Source: an uncultured Planctomycetota bacterium
Lineage (GTDB): Bacteria; Planctomycetota; Planctomycetia; Pirellulales; Pirellulaceae
NCBI GenBank assembly: GCA_963802295.1
Contig: CAWDIM010000005.1
Coordinates: forward strand, 93,780-157,779
DNA length: 64,000 bases
Direction: 5' to 3'
Position numbers and translations under genes: made by a program. Positions 10,011 through 19,143 of this stretch are shown here, one piece after another. The notes under the pieces are model-generated. The model ran no database searches and was not told the DNA's origin. It saw only the letters and a program-made list of their open reading frames with translations. Numbering within the stretch: the first letter of the stretch is position 1; the number at the start of each line of letters is the position of its first letter.

Positions 10011-10404
10011 TCATAATCTTAATCTTATTCTTACTCTTACTCCGACCGCGGCCGCTGGCCACAATCAATCAGGAAATCCGAAATCCGAATATCGAAATCC
10101 TAAACAAATCCAAAATTCAAAATCCAAAATTCATAAACCGAAACTCCAACTCCAATACTCCAAAACCGCAAAACACCTCCGCTGGCGGCAGAACCACAGT
10201 CACGGACCGCAAGCAGCTTCTCATCACGGGGCATGCTACCGGATGTGCCGTTCGCCGTTCCTCCCGTTTCTGTCATTAGTATTTCTGTCATTCGAATTTG
10301 TTTAGGATTTCGATATTCGGATTTCGAATTTCCGGCCTGGTTGCGGCCGGGGGGCGCGGTCGGAGTAAGAGTACGAGTAAGAGTAAGAGTACGAGTACGA
10401 GTAA
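10011..10404. mobile_element. MITE-like composite repeat, copy B (most complete: about 110-bp imperfect terminal inverted repeats around the core)
   Basis: The left end is (CTTACT)n-ccgaccgcggccgc-...caggaaatccgaaatccgaatatcgaaatcctaaacaaat. The right end is its reverse complement: atttgtttaggatttcgatattcggatttcgaatttcc...gcggccgg..gcgcggtcgg-(AGTAAG)n. The core ccgctggcggcagaacc...cagcttctcatcacggggcatgctaccgg lies between them. Confidence 0.65.
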
Positions 10405-10418
10405 AACTGTATAAATGG

Positions 10419-11480
10419 TCAGTTACCGGACCCGCCTTCGCGGGCCAATTTGCGAAAGTATTCTTCAATGACTTCCCGATAGTGAGCGGGCAGGTCCTTG
10501 CCGATCTGTTGGAGCGCCTCTTGACGCTCTTTGGGGGGCAGGTTTCCCCAACCGCTGTTGGTTCCGATCGATTTGGGATCGATGTTACCCGGTGCGAGAC
10601 CGCCCATCGGTCTACTGTCCTGGGCGGGGGAACTAGGTGCCAGATTTGCCGCGCTGGACGCCGACTGCTGCTGTTCCTCCAGCTGTTTGATCAACTTATC
10701 CAGTTTGGCAATCACTTCTTCCTCTTGTTCTCGCACGCGTGTTCCCGCTCGCTTCAGATCGAGGCGGCGTTGGACTTCGTCCATCAGCCGCGAGATTTCA
10801 TCGAGCGAGTCGGTCTTGAGTGGTTCGAGATCCGCTTGCATCAGGTGGGCGATCGTGGCGAATCGGCGCGGGATCTGCTTCTCGTTTTCCAGCAGACGGG
10901 CGGCCAACGGCAGGCATTGTTTCTTGTCGAGCATGCGGTGGTAACCCGTGCTCTGATAGAAGAGCAACGCTGCCGGATCAATGACATCTGCGGGCAACAG
11001 GCCGTCGAGCTGTTGCAGTGATTCATCGTAATAACGGTTTTGGGCCAGCCATTGCCCATACAGCAACCGGAGGTTGTTCCGAACAAAGGGAGGTTGTTGT
11101 TCGTCGGTCAGAACGGCGAAGTCCTTCAGCGTAGGGACCAGCGTCTGAGTGTGACAGAATTCCACGACCTCCCGCGCGCCGTCGCTCAGCAGCGCCAGCG
11201 TTTCGGCGGTTTTGGCGAGCAGTTGCGAGGGTTCCCGCAGCGATTCCTCTGGAGCCCAGATCGCCGTGATCTTGTTTCGTGTTGCTTCGTCCGGCTCGTG
11301 CAATTGGAGTACCGCATCCAGCTGCTGGCGGACCTGCTCGGGGGTAGGCAGCGACCAGGTGGCTCTGCCCGCCAGTTCGTCATCGCCCGCTGCGCAGGGG
11401 CAGAACAGAGGGCTCAACAGAGCGGCCCACACGGCGACCACCATGACTCGCGTATTCCACGCTCGGCCAGCAGTCTGCAT
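10419..11480 (-). CDS. Secreted hypothetical protein (distal gene of the MoxR/VWA operon)
   Basis: The ORF runs 10419..11603. The likely start is the ATG at 11480 (MQTAGRAWNTRVMVVAVWAALLSPLFCPCAAG, signal-peptide-like). No family was recognised. Confidence 0.6.
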   Translation of the reverse strand: MQTAGRAWNTRVMVVAVWAALLSPLFCPCAAGDDELAGRATWSLPTPEQVRQQLDAVLQLHEPDEATRNKITAIWAPEESLREPSQLLAKTAETLALLSDGAREVVEFCHTQTLVPTLKDFAVLTDEQQPPFVRNNLRLLYGQWLAQNRYYDESLQQLDGLLPADVIDPAALLFYQSTGYHRMLDKKQCLPLAARLLENEKQIPRRFATIAHLMQADLEPLKTDSLDEISRLMDEVQRRLDLKRAGTRVREQEEEVIAKLDKLIKQLEEQQQSASSAANLAPSSPAQDSRPMGGLAPGNIDPKSIGTNSGWGNLPPKERQEALQQIGKDLPAHYREVIEEYFRKLAREGGSGN

Positions 11481-11617
11481 TGCGATAACTCCTTCTTGAG
11501 CCGGACGTTGCCCGTCACCAGTCAGTGGTCCCCGGGGTTCGGACGTGGCAGTTCGTATTGATTCAGGCCGTGAAAACCACAAATGAAAAATGAAAAATGA
11601 CAAGGGACTTTTTACCG

Positions 11618-13515
11618 CTACTTATTCTTTCCCAACACGATGTCGCGAGTGATGCGCTGGATGCGAGATTCCAATTCGCTTAACTTGCCGATCGCACTGC
11701 GCAGATCTTCCTGTACCGCCTGGCCGACGGGATCTTCGGGATTGTCCAACAGTCTGGCATAGCGATTGGTGCGCAGGTTGACTCGCTGCTGCAGCGACCG
11801 AATCATCTTCAATTCGGCCAGGATGTCCACCAGCGGCGGTTCGTCTCCCGCTCCCGGCTCGCCCGGCTCACTCGGCTGACCCTTCTCCATGTCCTGCTGC
11901 GCTTTCTGCAGCGCGGCGATCAGTTCTTCGAGGGTGCCGATAATCTCTTCTTCCAGTCCTTGTGTGATCCGTTCCACCTTGGCTTGATCGAGCCTGGCAC
12001 TGACTTCCTCCATATCGTCGCGCAGTTGTTCGACGATTTCGGGGAAGGCGATGGACGAACCTTCTTCCAGCAGCAAGGTCAGGCAGCGGTCGGCTTCACC
12101 GGCGATCTTGCGCTGGTCGAAAGCGAGTTTGCTGGCTCGAATATCGACAGCCCTGTTCCGTTTATCTTCCGGGATCTTGTCGATTCGCAGCGTGCCTTCG
12201 TAGACCTTCATTTCCATTTCCAGCATTTTGCGGAAGCGTCCCTCGAGCAGTGCCAGCACGCGCTGCATTTCCTCTTCCCGCAACTGGCGCAGGACTTCTT
12301 CGAGTTCCGCAATTGCCTCTTGCAGTTTTTCGAGCGCCTCGGTCTGCTTTTCGACCGACTCGGCTCGTTTGGCTTCTTCGAGTTTCTGCTGAGCCTCGCG
12401 CATTTTCTGTTCGGCCTCGCGGACGCGCTGCTTGGCCGGATTTTCTTCCTGGCTGTCTTGTGGAGGCGTCTGCTCGCCGGACTCCGCTGGTTCTCCCTCC
12501 CCTGGAGGTGGTTGATCGGCGGGTTGATCTGACGGTTGGTTCTGGGGCTGGCCCTGCTGGCCGGGCTGACTTTTGGCCTGCTCCGGCTGACTGTCTGACG
12601 GTTGTCCTTCGGCAGGTTGTCCCGGTTGCGGCTGCTGGGCACCCGGTTGGCCCGGTTCCTGTTTCTTCTGCGCGTCCTGCTGCTGACCTGTTTTGGCTTC
12701 TCCGGCTGGCCCGGTTGTTTTTCCTCAGCCGATGGTTCGTCTGTCTTGGGCTGCTCGTCGGGGTCCTTTTCCTGGTCGCCCTGCTGAGCGTCGTCACCCG
12801 GTTGCCCCTGACCCTGCGGGTCGTTCGCGTCGCCGCCGCTGCTCTGTCCCGATTTGGCATCGGCTGCTTCCAGCTGTTTGGCGAGGTCACCCGTTCGATC
12901 GGCCACTTTGCTCTGGTCCTTGGCCAATTCGCGCGGGTCCTTGGCCCCCTCGGTCTGACCACGGACTCCGCGCTGAATGCGTTCGATGCGTTTCAATTCC
13001 TTGATGTACTCTTTGTACTGTTCAGTTTCCGTCTTGAGACGATCGGGACGGTCTTCACTCAGCAGCAACTGCAGCAGTTCCTGCAGGTCCTTGCGCACCG
13101 ATTCCTGTCCATCCAACGCCAGTTGAAATTTCTGGTCGCCCAGCAGTTTCACGACACTGTTCAGCTGTGATTGGGTCAGTCGGTCTTTGGACTGCTTGTA
13201 GGCTTGCTTGAGCAGCGAGGACCGCCGCGGGTTGGAAGTGGCCTCGAAATCGGCCATTTTGAAGATCAGATCTTCCAGTCGGCGGTACTTGTCAGCCAGG
13301 CGGCTTTGATCATCCGCCAGCGTATTGGCGGCCGGCAGCGGCTCGTCTTGTGCGGTCTTGGGTTGAAGGTCTCCCGGGGCCGCCTGTTCGGGTTCCCCGC
13401 CTTCCTGTGCCGGCAACGGCGCCGTGGCGAGCGGTGACAGTGCCAGCAGGAGCAGTCCGCACACCAGGGTGCTCCATGAGCACCCGGTCCGGCACGCCTG
13501 TGTTGGATGGAACAT
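11618..13515 (-). pseudogene. Secreted coiled-coil/low-complexity protein, split by one frame break (ORFs 12208..13515 and 11618..12403)
   Basis: The N-terminal ORF has a signal peptide (LVCGLLLLALSPLATAPLPAQ) and turns into R/S-rich nonsense after ...QPGQPEKPKQ. The frame of ORF 11618..12403 reads sensibly upstream (GQQQDAQKKQEPGQPGAQQPQPGQPAEGQP...REAEQKMREAQQKLEEAK), back to a TGA at 12724-12726. The break therefore lies in 12688-12723, which includes the T5 run 12717-12721. Confidence 0.65.
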
Positions 13516-13652
13516 GATTACCTCCCGCCCTGGTGCGGCTGCACACTGCGAGTCTGTTCTTGGTCACTGGTCATTTGTCACGGGTCATTCGTTGGTTCGG
13601 TATCGTCGCTGGTCGGTATTGTCGGCGATGGGTGTTGTCGGCGATGGGGGCA

Positions 13653-16013
13653 TTATCGCAACAGGTCGAGAGCCCCCTTCTTCTGCTCTTCCTTGGTTTT
13701 TTCGATGATCTCCTGCTGATCTTCGATCAGGGAGCGGACAATATTCATCAGCTCGTTGAACGACTCCAGCTCCAGCATCTTTTGTAGCACTTTATCCAGT
13801 TCCAGCAAAACGGCATCCGCCATCTCGACTGCCAGGTCAACAGCCTGGTCGCTGGCGGCGGGATCGTCGAGTTGCTGTTGCAGGCTCTTGAGTTGCACGT
13901 TTAGAGCGGGGAACATGGTTTCGCCGATTCGCCGCAGCGGGTCGGCAATCTGGTCTTTGAGTCGCGATTCGCGGTCCTTCGAGTCGACTCGATTATTGAT
14001 CAGTTCATGGCGGATATCATCAAAGGAGGCGGCGACACCGAGGACTTCCTGAGCGGATTTATCGCTCTGGACCAGCGACCGCTGAGTGCGCAATTGGCGC
14101 AGGGAGCGCGCCCGCTCTTCGGCCGTATCTCCCAGCGCAGGATCGGCGGCGTCCTCGCCGCCGTTGTCTGATTCGGTTCGAGCGTCTTCGGGGGCCGTCC
14201 CCTGCGGATCGGCGGCCGCTCGCTTGGTGCGGCTGAGCGAATCGCGCATCTCACTCAACTCGTCAATGATCTGTTCCAGACGACGGCGCAGTCCGAGTTC
14301 CTTCCGTTCGAGCATAGCCAGCAGCTCTTGGGGCGTGACGACATCGAGCTGGTAGCGATCGCCGTTGCCGATATTCGGGGTCGCGGCCAGATCGCATTTG
14401 TCGGACGCGATAAGGGTCACGGCAAGTTTGTCTTGCGGTTTGAGTTGGATGCCCCCTTCGCTCGCCCGCTCGTCACGGAAGTCGAGTTCGGCTGTGACAC
14501 GACCGAGGTCGCCGAGCGGGAACGGATATTCACGCGGGGCCCCGTCGTTCACGGTGACTTCAAACCAGCTCTTGTCCACCTCATAGTCGTCGGTGATTTC
14601 ACCGGTGGCGGGGATCACTACGTCCGGCGTGACGGCCGTGCCGATACCGCGGAGCGTCGTCTTGACGACCGGTGCCGCGTCTGCGATGCCGGTGATGTGC
14701 AGCCGAATTGGTGGATCGCTCACCACTGAGTCGGTATCGCGGAGCGAGACGTCGAGCGACAGAGTGCCGTCGAGTCGTTGGACTTCATACTCGAATTGGC
14801 GCATCCCATCGCTCGTGGGGCGAATATCCAACGCCGTTACCTCATCCGTCTGCACATTGCGGATCTCGACGCGGCTCAGATCCTTATTGGTCTGCGCGCG
14901 AATCATGATATGCGTGCCGACGGGCAATTGCGTGCCGCTGGCCAGGTCCAGCGTGCGTGGCAGCCAGAGCGAAAGCTGCTCGTTGACCATGTACTGCGGG
15001 AATGTGCAGTCGAGTTGCGTGTTCACGATGATCGGGCTGGGGACAACGGTCAGGCGGTAGTCCCGCACACGATGATCAAGACCGCGGACGTCGAAGCGGA
15101 TGGTGGACAGGATACCTCGAAAAGGCTTGCTGTCGCAGACGTAGGTCTGGAGATTGTCCCGAATGCGACCCAGCTTCTGCATGTTGACCGTCGCGTGGTC
15201 ACCTTCCTCCGTCTGATAGTAGATGGTGCAGTATTCGGGGATGACCTTGGTGGCGTCGGCCCGGACGTTCAGCAGTACACTGGTTCCCTTGGCCACCTTG
15301 ATCTCGCGGTTGTCATCGAAAGGGATCAGTTCCGTCAGTGAGACGGCATTGTCGGTGGCGGTCGTCCGCTGGATCTGGATGCCGGCCACCCCGATCTGCG
15401 TGTTGCGTGGCCACGGCTGGTCGCGGAGCAAATAGAGCCGGTTGACCCACGTCTGGACCGCTGGGGCATTCACCACGTAAAACAGTCCGATCGGAGCGAT
15501 GACCGCCGCGGCCAACGCGATCTTGCCAATCAAGGGTGTCAGGCGAAACACTTCGCGGACGCGCACATCGACCGTCCGCGCTGCCGCCTCTTGCCTCGTC
15601 AACGTCAGCATCTCTTGATTGAACTGCTCGGCGTGATCCGGATGCTCGTCCATTTCTACGGCCGTGACCAGCGCGTCGTGGAACTGGCCAAAGCGGCGTT
15701 CCAACAATACGGCCATGCTGTGATCGGGCATTCGCGCAAACACGCGGCGAAAGATCCAGCGATACATGACGTACGCCAGCATCACGGCAATTACGGCCAG
15801 CAGAATGGCCCGCGCGCCGCGGGGCATCTCGCTCGCCCCCACCAACACCGGGAGGTAATCGATCGCCAGCCCGACCCAGAATGTGGCGCCAAGCCAGAGG
15901 AGCGCCAACGCCAGGCCCTCGATCCAGACATACGCCTTGATCCGGCGGCGCAGCCGAGTCAATACCGCGCGAATGTCGGTCCCCAGTGGCGGATTGTCCG
16001 TGTGTAATCCCAT
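13653..16013 (-). CDS. Large membrane protein with N-terminal TM helices and C-terminal coiled coil (MoxR/VWA operon member)
   Basis: Intact 786-aa ORF. The TM segments are YVWIEGLALALLWLGATFWVGLAIDYLPVLV and AILLAVIAVMLAYVMY. No catalytic motif was recognised. Confidence 0.75.
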   Translation of the reverse strand: MGLHTDNPPLGTDIRAVLTRLRRRIKAYVWIEGLALALLWLGATFWVGLAIDYLPVLVGASEMPRGARAILLAVIAVMLAYVMYRWIFRRVFARMPDHSMAVLLERRFGQFHDALVTAVEMDEHPDHAEQFNQEMLTLTRQEAAARTVDVRVREVFRLTPLIGKIALAAAVIAPIGLFYVVNAPAVQTWVNRLYLLRDQPWPRNTQIGVAGIQIQRTTATDNAVSLTELIPFDDNREIKVAKGTSVLLNVRADATKVIPEYCTIYYQTEEGDHATVNMQKLGRIRDNLQTYVCDSKPFRGILSTIRFDVRGLDHRVRDYRLTVVPSPIIVNTQLDCTFPQYMVNEQLSLWLPRTLDLASGTQLPVGTHIMIRAQTNKDLSRVEIRNVQTDEVTALDIRPTSDGMRQFEYEVQRLDGTLSLDVSLRDTDSVVSDPPIRLHITGIADAAPVVKTTLRGIGTAVTPDVVIPATGEITDDYEVDKSWFEVTVNDGAPREYPFPLGDLGRVTAELDFRDERASEGGIQLKPQDKLAVTLIASDKCDLAATPNIGNGDRYQLDVVTPQELLAMLERKELGLRRRLEQIIDELSEMRDSLSRTKRAAADPQGTAPEDARTESDNGGEDAADPALGDTAEERARSLRQLRTQRSLVQSDKSAQEVLGVAASFDDIRHELINNRVDSKDRESRLKDQIADPLRRIGETMFPALNVQLKSLQQQLDDPAASDQAVDLAVEMADAVLLELDKVLQKMLELESFNELMNIVRSLIEDQQEIIEKTKEEQKKGALDLLR

Positions 16014-16026
16014 GGTGATTTACTGC

Positions 16027-16300
16027 TAACTCTTACTCTTACTCTTACTCTTACTCGTACTCGTTACTCTTGACGCGGCCTGCGGCCGCCACCAAACAAA
16101 AAATCCGAAATCCCAATATCGAAATCCTAAACAAATCCAAAATACAAAACCCAAAAACCCGAAACCCGAAAAACCCTCTGCCGCTGGCAAAACTGCGTTC
16201 ATGATCCGCCCACAGCTTCCCACCACGCAGCCTGCTAGTCGATGTCCCCTTCCTCCCTTCCTCCCTTCCTCCCTTCCTCCGTTTCTCCGTTTCTCCGCTT
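16027..16300. repeat. MITE-like composite repeat, copy C ((ACTCTT)n + GC palindrome + arm + core + (CCTTCCTC)n)
   Basis: It reads ctcttactcttactcttactc...gacgcggcctgcggccgcc...aaaatccgaaatcccaatatcgaaatcctaaacaaatccaaaat...ccgctggcaaaac...cagcttcccaccacgcagcctgct...ccttcctcccttcctcccttcctcccttcctcc. It abuts the stop of the gene ending at 16303. Confidence 0.8.
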
Positions 16301-16302
16301 CG

Positions 16303-19143
16303 TCAGGCCAGCTTACTCAAGCGCCGGATGAGCCATTCGAGGGACAGGACGCCGACGATCAGGGCGATGAGCCAGCCCATCAGGTGTTGGTCGAATTGGG
16401 AATCCACCGATTCGGGCAAGTAGATGGTCTGGTCATTTGGCTGGATGACTGAGGCGAGTGTGGCGCGGCCTGCTCCGCCGCGGTTCATCGCCGCATTGAA
16501 GCCAATGTAGTATTCTCCGCCGGTCTTGTCGGTCAGTTCTTTGAGCAGTGCGTCGTTGCGTTGGGGGTGTTCGATTTCGAGTGCGGGAACGCGGACTCGC
16601 ACGTCGGCGGTCAGCAGTTCGTCATCTTTACCTTCGGCGGGCGTGACTTCGATCCGGTAATCTCCCGCCTGTGTGGCGGTGAACTGTGCTTCGTACATGC
16701 CTTCGCGGGCCGAGTCTTGCACTTTGCGTAAGACGATCGGGACTCGCTGCGAATCGGGTTGCAGCAGGATGGCGGGGACGTTGTCGAGTTTAAGTGGCTG
16801 GTGCTGTATGTCGCTCAACACGGCTCGGATCGTCACCTGATCACCGAGGAGGCAGCGGTCCTTGTCGACCAGCAGTACCCCGCGGCTGGAATCGCGCATC
16901 AGCCGGCCTTGCGAGACCCATCGAATCAGTTTGGTGTAGAAGGTTTCAAAATAGCGTGGATCGACGGCTCGCAGCCGCCATATTTCACCACTGGCCTGGA
17001 AGAAGACCCGCCCCGCGCCATAGAAATGGGCTGCCGCATAGATCGGCAGTTCGCCATCGATGGACGTTTCGGGGTTCGAAAATCGGGCGTAGACGCGCGC
17101 GCCCGGCTTGGGGTCTTTCACGGCGTAGTAGCCGTAGACTCCTTCGAACGACTGCCAGGCCGCTTCGCTGTCCAGCGGATCGTCTTCGAGCCAGAGGAAT
17201 TCGGCGCTGGCGCCGTCCCGAGTGAAACTCAAGGGCCAGGCGGCTTCGCCCCCGAAGCGGCCCAGTCCCAGGCTGGGGACTCCCTGGCTGTAGAAGATGA
17301 CGGGATAGAGCGACTTGATGGTGTCGACCCGCGGGTCACGACCGCGGCGCTGCCCGGCCCAGGATGGCGTATAGACGGGACCGGCGACCACAATCAAGCC
17401 ACCTGCCTGTTCGGCGACGAACCGGTCCAGCAATTCGACTTGCAGCTCGTTGAACTTCAGCCAATCGGGATCGAAGGCGACAATGCAATCGTATTGGAAC
17501 AGTTCGTCGGCGACTTCGGGGAATTCGTACAGGATGTCGTCGGCTTCCTGGGACATGCCGGTCGTACCCGACTGGAGCATCACGTCGACGGTCGTGTCGC
17601 GGTCGCGAAAGAGCTGGTTGCGGAGGAAGCGGAATTCGCGGGAGGGACCGCCGGCGATGAGCAACACCTTGGATTTTCGTTCGACCACCGTGACGCGTGC
17701 CGTCTTCACGTTGTCTCGTTTCTCGATATCCTGCTCCGGTGGGACGACTCGGAGGAAATACTGACGAGCGCCGGCCTCGCTGGGTGTGACCTCGAATCGG
17801 ACCGTGACGATTTCCCCATCGTTGGCCAGTCGGATCGAGCGTTCCTCTACGAACGTGGCTTTGTCGCCCGGTTCTCCGCGATCCTCACCCGGAGGTGTCC
17901 CGTCGTCGGCGACGGCGGACGAGAGTTCGACGCTCACCTGGCGTCCCTCGAGTCCATAGGCCTGGATGTAGCCGGTGAGACTGAATTTGTCGCCTGGGTA
18001 GACTCGTTTCGGCGCTTCCAGATCCACGACCCTCACGTTCACGCTCTGGCGATCGCTGCCGAGTCCGATGGCGTAGATGGGAATGCCCGCCACGGTCGCC
18101 GCCTTGGTGGCCATGCCGGCGTCCAAACCCGCGTTGTTGCCCCCGTCGGACATCACCACGATGCCGGCGATCGGACCACCCCGCTCCTTGTTGACGATCG
18201 AGCGGACGGCATCGCCGATTCTCGTTTCGGTGCCGCGCGGCACCAAGGTCTGCTGCCACGGTATGTCACCCGGTTCGCGTGGCTTTGTTTCCGCTTCGTC
18301 GGGGTCGTCGGCGGGGCGGAGCGTGGCGAGTTCCGCCGCCACCTCTTGGGCGATATCCGGCTGCTCCCAGCCGACGACGGCACGCAGCGAGAGGCCTGGC
18401 GCGCGCAAGTTGGCGACGGCGCAGATCACGAAGGCGGCGACCAGGGTCACCATCGTCACGAGCAGGGCGTAGGACATGGATTCACGCCGCCGTACACCTC
18501 GTCCGAGAACGAGATAGAACAGTAAGGAAACGACGGCCAGCCCCGCCAGGGAGGCGGCGACGAGCATGGTGCGGCGAGCCACTCGCAGATCATGTTCCTT
18601 TTGGGCGACGGCGCGCTCTGTCGCATCCCCTCCCGACGACGTGGTGGCGAGTCGCGGGAAGTAGTCGATCTCTCTGGGCTCGGCCTGCTCGTCAAACTGG
18701 TAGACGGCCACGTCGTGTCGGCCGCGAAGCTGCGTCAGCAATTCCCCCTGGCGCAGTTCCTGGACCACTTGCTCGATGCGACTCAACGCTGACGCATCCG
18801 TAGCGCCCAGGGTGTCCTGCAGCCCCATGCTCTGGCTGGTGTCGATCAGCAGCGTGGCGCGGGACGGCTTGATTTCCCGTTCTTCCGTCCGTTTCTCCAG
18901 ATCGAGAAAGAAAAACAGAATGCCGGCGAAGGCCATCAACCGCAGCAGGACGAGCGACCAGCGGATACCACGACTCAATTCCACACTGTCGAACCAATAC
19001 ATGCCGACGACATAGCCGAAGATCGCCGCGCAGAGGGCGATCATCAGCAACCAATGCCACCATTCGGACATGATTTGCAGCCGGGCGAACTGGTAAATCG
19101 TGTGGCTGGCGGTCTCGGCCAGCAAGCACCATGCAGGTGTCAA
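16303..19143 (-). CDS. Membrane-anchored von Willebrand factor A (VWA) domain protein
   Basis: The ORF runs 16303..19215. A TTG at 19143 overlaps the upstream stop (TTGA); an alternative ATG lies at 19071 (MSEWWHWLLMIAL). There are N-terminal TM helices followed by the MIDAS-like ATLLIDTSQSMG. The 946-970 aa frame is intact. Confidence 0.8.
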   Translation of the reverse strand: MTPAWCLLAETASHTIYQFARLQIMSEWWHWLLMIALCAAIFGYVVGMYWFDSVELSRGIRWSLVLLRLMAFAGILFFFLDLEKRTEEREIKPSRATLLIDTSQSMGLQDTLGATDASALSRIEQVVQELRQGELLTQLRGRHDVAVYQFDEQAEPREIDYFPRLATTSSGGDATERAVAQKEHDLRVARRTMLVAASLAGLAVVSLLFYLVLGRGVRRRESMSYALLVTMVTLVAAFVICAVANLRAPGLSLRAVVGWEQPDIAQEVAAELATLRPADDPDEAETKPREPGDIPWQQTLVPRGTETRIGDAVRSIVNKERGGPIAGIVVMSDGGNNAGLDAGMATKAATVAGIPIYAIGLGSDRQSVNVRVVDLEAPKRVYPGDKFSLTGYIQAYGLEGRQVSVELSSAVADDGTPPGEDRGEPGDKATFVEERSIRLANDGEIVTVRFEVTPSEAGARQYFLRVVPPEQDIEKRDNVKTARVTVVERKSKVLLIAGGPSREFRFLRNQLFRDRDTTVDVMLQSGTTGMSQEADDILYEFPEVADELFQYDCIVAFDPDWLKFNELQVELLDRFVAEQAGGLIVVAGPVYTPSWAGQRRGRDPRVDTIKSLYPVIFYSQGVPSLGLGRFGGEAAWPLSFTRDGASAEFLWLEDDPLDSEAAWQSFEGVYGYYAVKDPKPGARVYARFSNPETSIDGELPIYAAAHFYGAGRVFFQASGEIWRLRAVDPRYFETFYTKLIRWVSQGRLMRDSSRGVLLVDKDRCLLGDQVTIRAVLSDIQHQPLKLDNVPAILLQPDSQRVPIVLRKVQDSAREGMYEAQFTATQAGDYRIEVTPAEGKDDELLTADVRVRVPALEIEHPQRNDALLKELTDKTGGEYYIGFNAAMNRGGAGRATLASVIQPNDQTIYLPESVDSQFDQHLMGWLIALIVGVLSLEWLIRRLSKLA